A stretch of 64,000 nt of DNA, from NCBI GenBank assembly GCA_963706575.1, contig CAVPNL010000001.1, positions 352,001-416,000 of the forward strand. The letters run 5' to 3'. How positions within the stretch are numbered: position 1 is the first letter of the stretch; each line of letters begins with the position of its first letter. The position numbers were made by a program, and so were the translations under genes. Of the stretch, positions 61,102-64,000 are shown piece by piece. The notes beneath the pieces were generated by a model, which worked only from the letters and a program-made list of their open reading frames with translations, ran no database searches and was not told where the DNA came from. Source of the DNA: an uncultured delta proteobacterium. Lineage in GTDB: Bacteria; Desulfobacterota; Desulfobacteria; Desulfobacterales; JAHEIW01.

Positions 61102-62319
61102 TCAGATTACCCCTTCATCTTTCAATCGCTGAATATCTTCCTTGCCATAATCCAAAAAATTCCGAAGGATATCCTCTGTATGCTCTCCCAGCAGCGGTGC
61201 TGCCTTGCGGATATCACCGGGGGTTTTAGACATTTTTACCGGTGGGCCAGCAATCTGAAGCAGGCCTGCAATAGGATGCTGGACTTCGACCAGCATTTCT
61301 CTGGCCTTAACCTGAGGACATTTGAAGATATCATCCACCGTTTGCACCGGTGCGACCGGCACATCATGTTTGATCAACAATTCAACCAGCGCATCCCGAT
61401 TGTTGGATTTGACCCAGGTCTCGATGATGGGTCTGAGATAATGGTAATTTTCAGCGCGTCCCGACATGGATTGGAGTTCGGGTTTTTCGAGCAGATGATC
61501 CTGTTTCATGGTATGGCAGAAGTTTTGCCAATGTTTTTCCCAGTGGCCGGCAATAACGATATATTTTCCATCCTTTGTTTCGAAACAATCATAAGGCGCA
61601 TAAAGGGGATGTGCATTTCCTTCCCGGCCTGAAATGATACCGGATATGGAGTACATCATGATCGCGCGTTCGATCATATAAAGCATGGTATCATACATGG
61701 CGCAATCCACATGTTGTCCCTTACCGGTTTTGTTGGCATCGTGTAAAGCCACCATTGTCGCAAATGCGGCAATGGTGGACGTCCAGATATCGCCAATCCC
61801 CGGGCCGACCTTATAGGGCATCCCGCCTTTGGGGCCGGTCATGGCCATTACTCCGCCCATGGCCTGGGCGATTAGATCAAAGGCGGGTCGTTCTCGATAG
61901 GGGCCGGTATGGCCAAATCCCGAAATGCTGGTATAGACAATTCTGGGGTTTATGGCGCTTAACGTTTCGTAGTCCAACCCCAGACGATCCATTACAGCGG
62001 GTCGGAAATTTTCGACAACAATATGGGCGGATTTCACCAATTCTTTTACAATGGCAACACCTTTTGGGTGTTTGAGATTGAGCGTCATGCTTTTTTTGTT
62101 ACGGCTGATGGATAGAAAGAATCCTCCCGCGCGGTGGTCATTGTCTTGCTGGGAAAAGGGTCCGATACTTCGCGTATTATCTCCGGTGCCCGGCTGTTCG
62201 ATTTTAATAACTTCGGCGCCATAATCACCCAGCATCATGGTGGCATATGGGCCGGCCAGCATCAGTGTGAAATCAAGCACCCGGATATCTTTGAGCGCCT
62301 GCTGAGAAGGTGGATTCAT
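61102..62319 (-). CDS. Class III CoA-transferase (CaiB/BaiF)
   Basis: LAGP, GAEVIKIE, RNKKS, ENFRP, SGFG, PLLGEHT. Confidence 0.94.
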   Translation of the reverse strand: MNPPSQQALKDIRVLDFTLMLAGPYATMMLGDYGAEVIKIEQPGTGDNTRSIGPFSQQDNDHRAGGFFLSISRNKKSMTLNLKHPKGVAIVKELVKSAHIVVENFRPAVMDRLGLDYETLSAINPRIVYTSISGFGHTGPYRERPAFDLIAQAMGGVMAMTGPKGGMPYKVGPGIGDIWTSTIAAFATMVALHDANKTGKGQHVDCAMYDTMLYMIERAIMMYSISGIISGREGNAHPLYAPYDCFETKDGKYIVIAGHWEKHWQNFCHTMKQDHLLEKPELQSMSGRAENYHYLRPIIETWVKSNNRDALVELLIKHDVPVAPVQTVDDIFKCPQVKAREMLVEVQHPIAGLLQIAGPPVKMSKTPGDIRKAAPLLGEHTEDILRNFLDYGKEDIQRLKDEGVI

Positions 62320-62399
62320 TTCCAGCTCATCATCGTTGTTCGGATCACCCGTTTGAGATGGGCTTCTGGTTTAGGAAGAGCGCAATTTTATTGCCATTA

Positions 62400-62458
62400 A
62401 AAATTTAATTAAATTTTGAATTATTTTTGGATTATATTCGGCGGTCTGAGGATGTCAA
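62400..62458 (-). promoter_or_regulatory. Sigma70 promoter with consensus hexamers and a downstream 18-bp palindromic operator
   Basis: Minus strand TTGACA-N16-TATAAT (62458-62431); AAAATTTAATTAAATTTT (62400-62417). Confidence 0.7.
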
Positions 62459-63026
62459 GAAAAATTTTTTCTTAGACGCATGGCGACCAGCTTTTATATA
62501 AATCTTATCATTTATATTGTAAACAAGGAATGTTACCGGTGAAATGGCGTTAAGAACAGATTGAACTTTTGCTTGACAGGAATTAATTATTGAATTAAAG
62601 AAAAAATTAAATTTTATTCATTTTTTGAAGCTCAGGCAATTAGGGATACAACTTGAGGTAACCGAATTAAATTCAACGTCTACAAATCAAACAGCACCGC
62701 TTTACAAAAGAGACAGAGTAGGATAATAAACGCATTTGATTGTATTCCCGAAATTTCTACAAACTAATATTTCGCTAAGCGATTGATAAAATTTATAATT
62801 AATTTTTTAAGCGGATAGACTTCTTGCGCTTTCGCCGGGTCGGACGGATAGCAAATCTAAGCACCTAAAAGGCTTTACCGGTTTTATAAATTAATAATTT
62901 GGGGGGAAATCCATGAAAGGAGGTGTGAGAATCTAAAAGGATTTATTTTCAGTCATATTGCTAAAACGAAGGGCATGGGTTGTTGATGTCTAAATAGTGC
63001 ATAAAATAAATTTAAGGAGGGTTCTT

Positions 63027-64000
63027 ATGAAAACTAAAAAGATTTTTTTGCCTGAGTCTGAGTTGCCGCGGTACTGGTATAATATTTTGCCCGACATGCC
63101 GACACCGATGGAGCCACCTCTTCATCCGGGGACCGGCCAACCGGTGGGGCCAGATGATCTGGAACCGCTTATCCCCATGGCAATAATCGAACAAGAAGTG
63201 AGTCAAGAACGCGAGATCCCTATCCCGGAAGAGGTCCTTGAAAAATATGCCATCTGGCGACCCTCACCCCTTTATCGCGCCTTTGCCCTTGAGGAAGCGC
63301 TTGGCACGCCTGCCAAGATCTATTTCAAGAACGAGGGGGTTAGTCCTGCTGGAAGCCATAAGCCCAACACAGCGGTTGCCCAGGCGTATTACAATAAAGT
63401 AGCCGGAACCAAGCAAATATATACGGAGACCGGAGCCGGCCAATGGGGAAGTGCGCTCTCTTTTGCCTGCGCCCTCTTTGGGTTGCCCGTTCAAGTCTTC
63501 ATGGTCAAAGTCAGTTTTTTTCAGAAACCCATGCGGCGGGTGATGATGGAGACCTGGGGGGGCAAATGCGTACCCAGTCCCTCCACCGAAACCCAGGTGG
63601 GCCGAAATATCCTTGAAAAAGACCCGGATAACCTGGGCAGTCTGGGTATCGCCATCAGTGAAGGCGTGGAAAAAGTCGTACAAGACCCGGACGCCAAATA
63701 CTGTCTGGGAAGTGCCTTAAATCATGTGCTTCTGCATCAGACCATAAATGGTCTTGAATGCCAAAAACAGATGAAAATTGCCGGAGACTATCCGGATGTG
63801 ATTATCGGGTGCTCAGGCGGTGGAAGTAATTTTGGCGGCATCATGCTTCCGTTTGCCAGAGATAAGATCAATGGCAAAGATATTGATATTATCGGCGTCG
63901 AACCCACCTCCTGTCCGACCATGACCCGGGGACCGTTTGCCTACGACTTTGCCGACACTGCTGGAACCACACCGCTTTTCCCCATGCATACCGTGGGTCA
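63027..64000 (+). CDS. trpB2: TrpB-like PLP enzyme (TrpB2), runs off the window end
   Basis: MKTKKIFL...[43 protein letters not shown]; absent from the ORF track because there is no stop in the window. Confidence 0.93.
   Translation, partial: MKTKKIFLPESELPRYWYNILPDMPTPMEPPLHPGTGQPVGPDDLEPLIPMAIIEQEVSQEREIPIPEEVLEKYAIWRPSPLYRAFALEEALGTPAKIYFKNEGVSPAGSHKPNTAVAQAYYNKVAGTKQIYTETGAGQWGSALSFACALFGLPVQVFMVKVSFFQKPMRRVMMETWGGKCVPSPSTETQVGRNILEKDPDNLGSLGIAISEGVEKVVQDPDAKYCLGSALNHVLLHQTINGLECQKQMKIAGDYPDVIIGCSGGGSNFGGIMLPFARDKINGKDIDIIGVEPTSCPTMTRGPFAYDFADTAGTTPLFPMHTVG

Noticed and set aside
61102..62319. Formyl-CoA transferase serving the BMC
   Set aside because: It heads a separate operon with its own promoter more than 10 kb away; no evidence of a link

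Overview
Bacterial chromosomal window. Gene content and intergenic repeat types suggest a sulfate-reducing deltaproteobacterium (Desulfobacterales-like; inferred). It has five blocks. (1) 1-4.2 kb: end of a phenylglyoxylate-dehydrogenase-like (padH/padI) cluster plus housekeeping genes. (2) 4.2-27 kb: a mosaic stress/accessory region with groES-groEL, an RRM protein, hflK-hflC-ftsH, a DnaJ-domain gene, Hsp20 and Csp remnants, two B12 radical SAM genes, a sigma54 activator with a visible target promoter, an orphan integron-type cassette, and a 1.2-kb direct duplication containing a perfectly conserved 106-nt hairpin. (3) 27-33 kb: TRAP transporter, a tiny reductive-dehalogenase-like remnant and an acetylene-hydratase-family Mo/W enzyme. 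(4) 33-50.6 kb, the main find: a ~17.4-kb minus-strand cluster joining an N-methylglutamate-pathway-like set (glutamine-synthetase-like ligase, mgsABC-like genes, a split sarcosine-oxidase/proline-dehydrogenase-like complex without the folate-binding domain) to a full bacterial microcompartment (BMC-H, GrpU-like, BMC-P, PduT-like, two CcmP-type BMC-T, PduS, EutJ, encapsulation-peptide-tagged acylating aldehyde dehydrogenase, RidA, RpiR regulator). This suggests an amine-oxidising, aldehyde-trapping organelle that I do not recognise among characterised BMC types. (5) 51-64 kb: panE, V4R plus acyl-CoA ligase, a CoA-transferase/carboxyltransferase/beta-oxidation operon and trpB2. Several genes carry single-base frameshifts that are most likely sequencing errors. 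No tRNA, rRNA or CRISPR array was seen. All family assignments are from motif recognition, not database searches.
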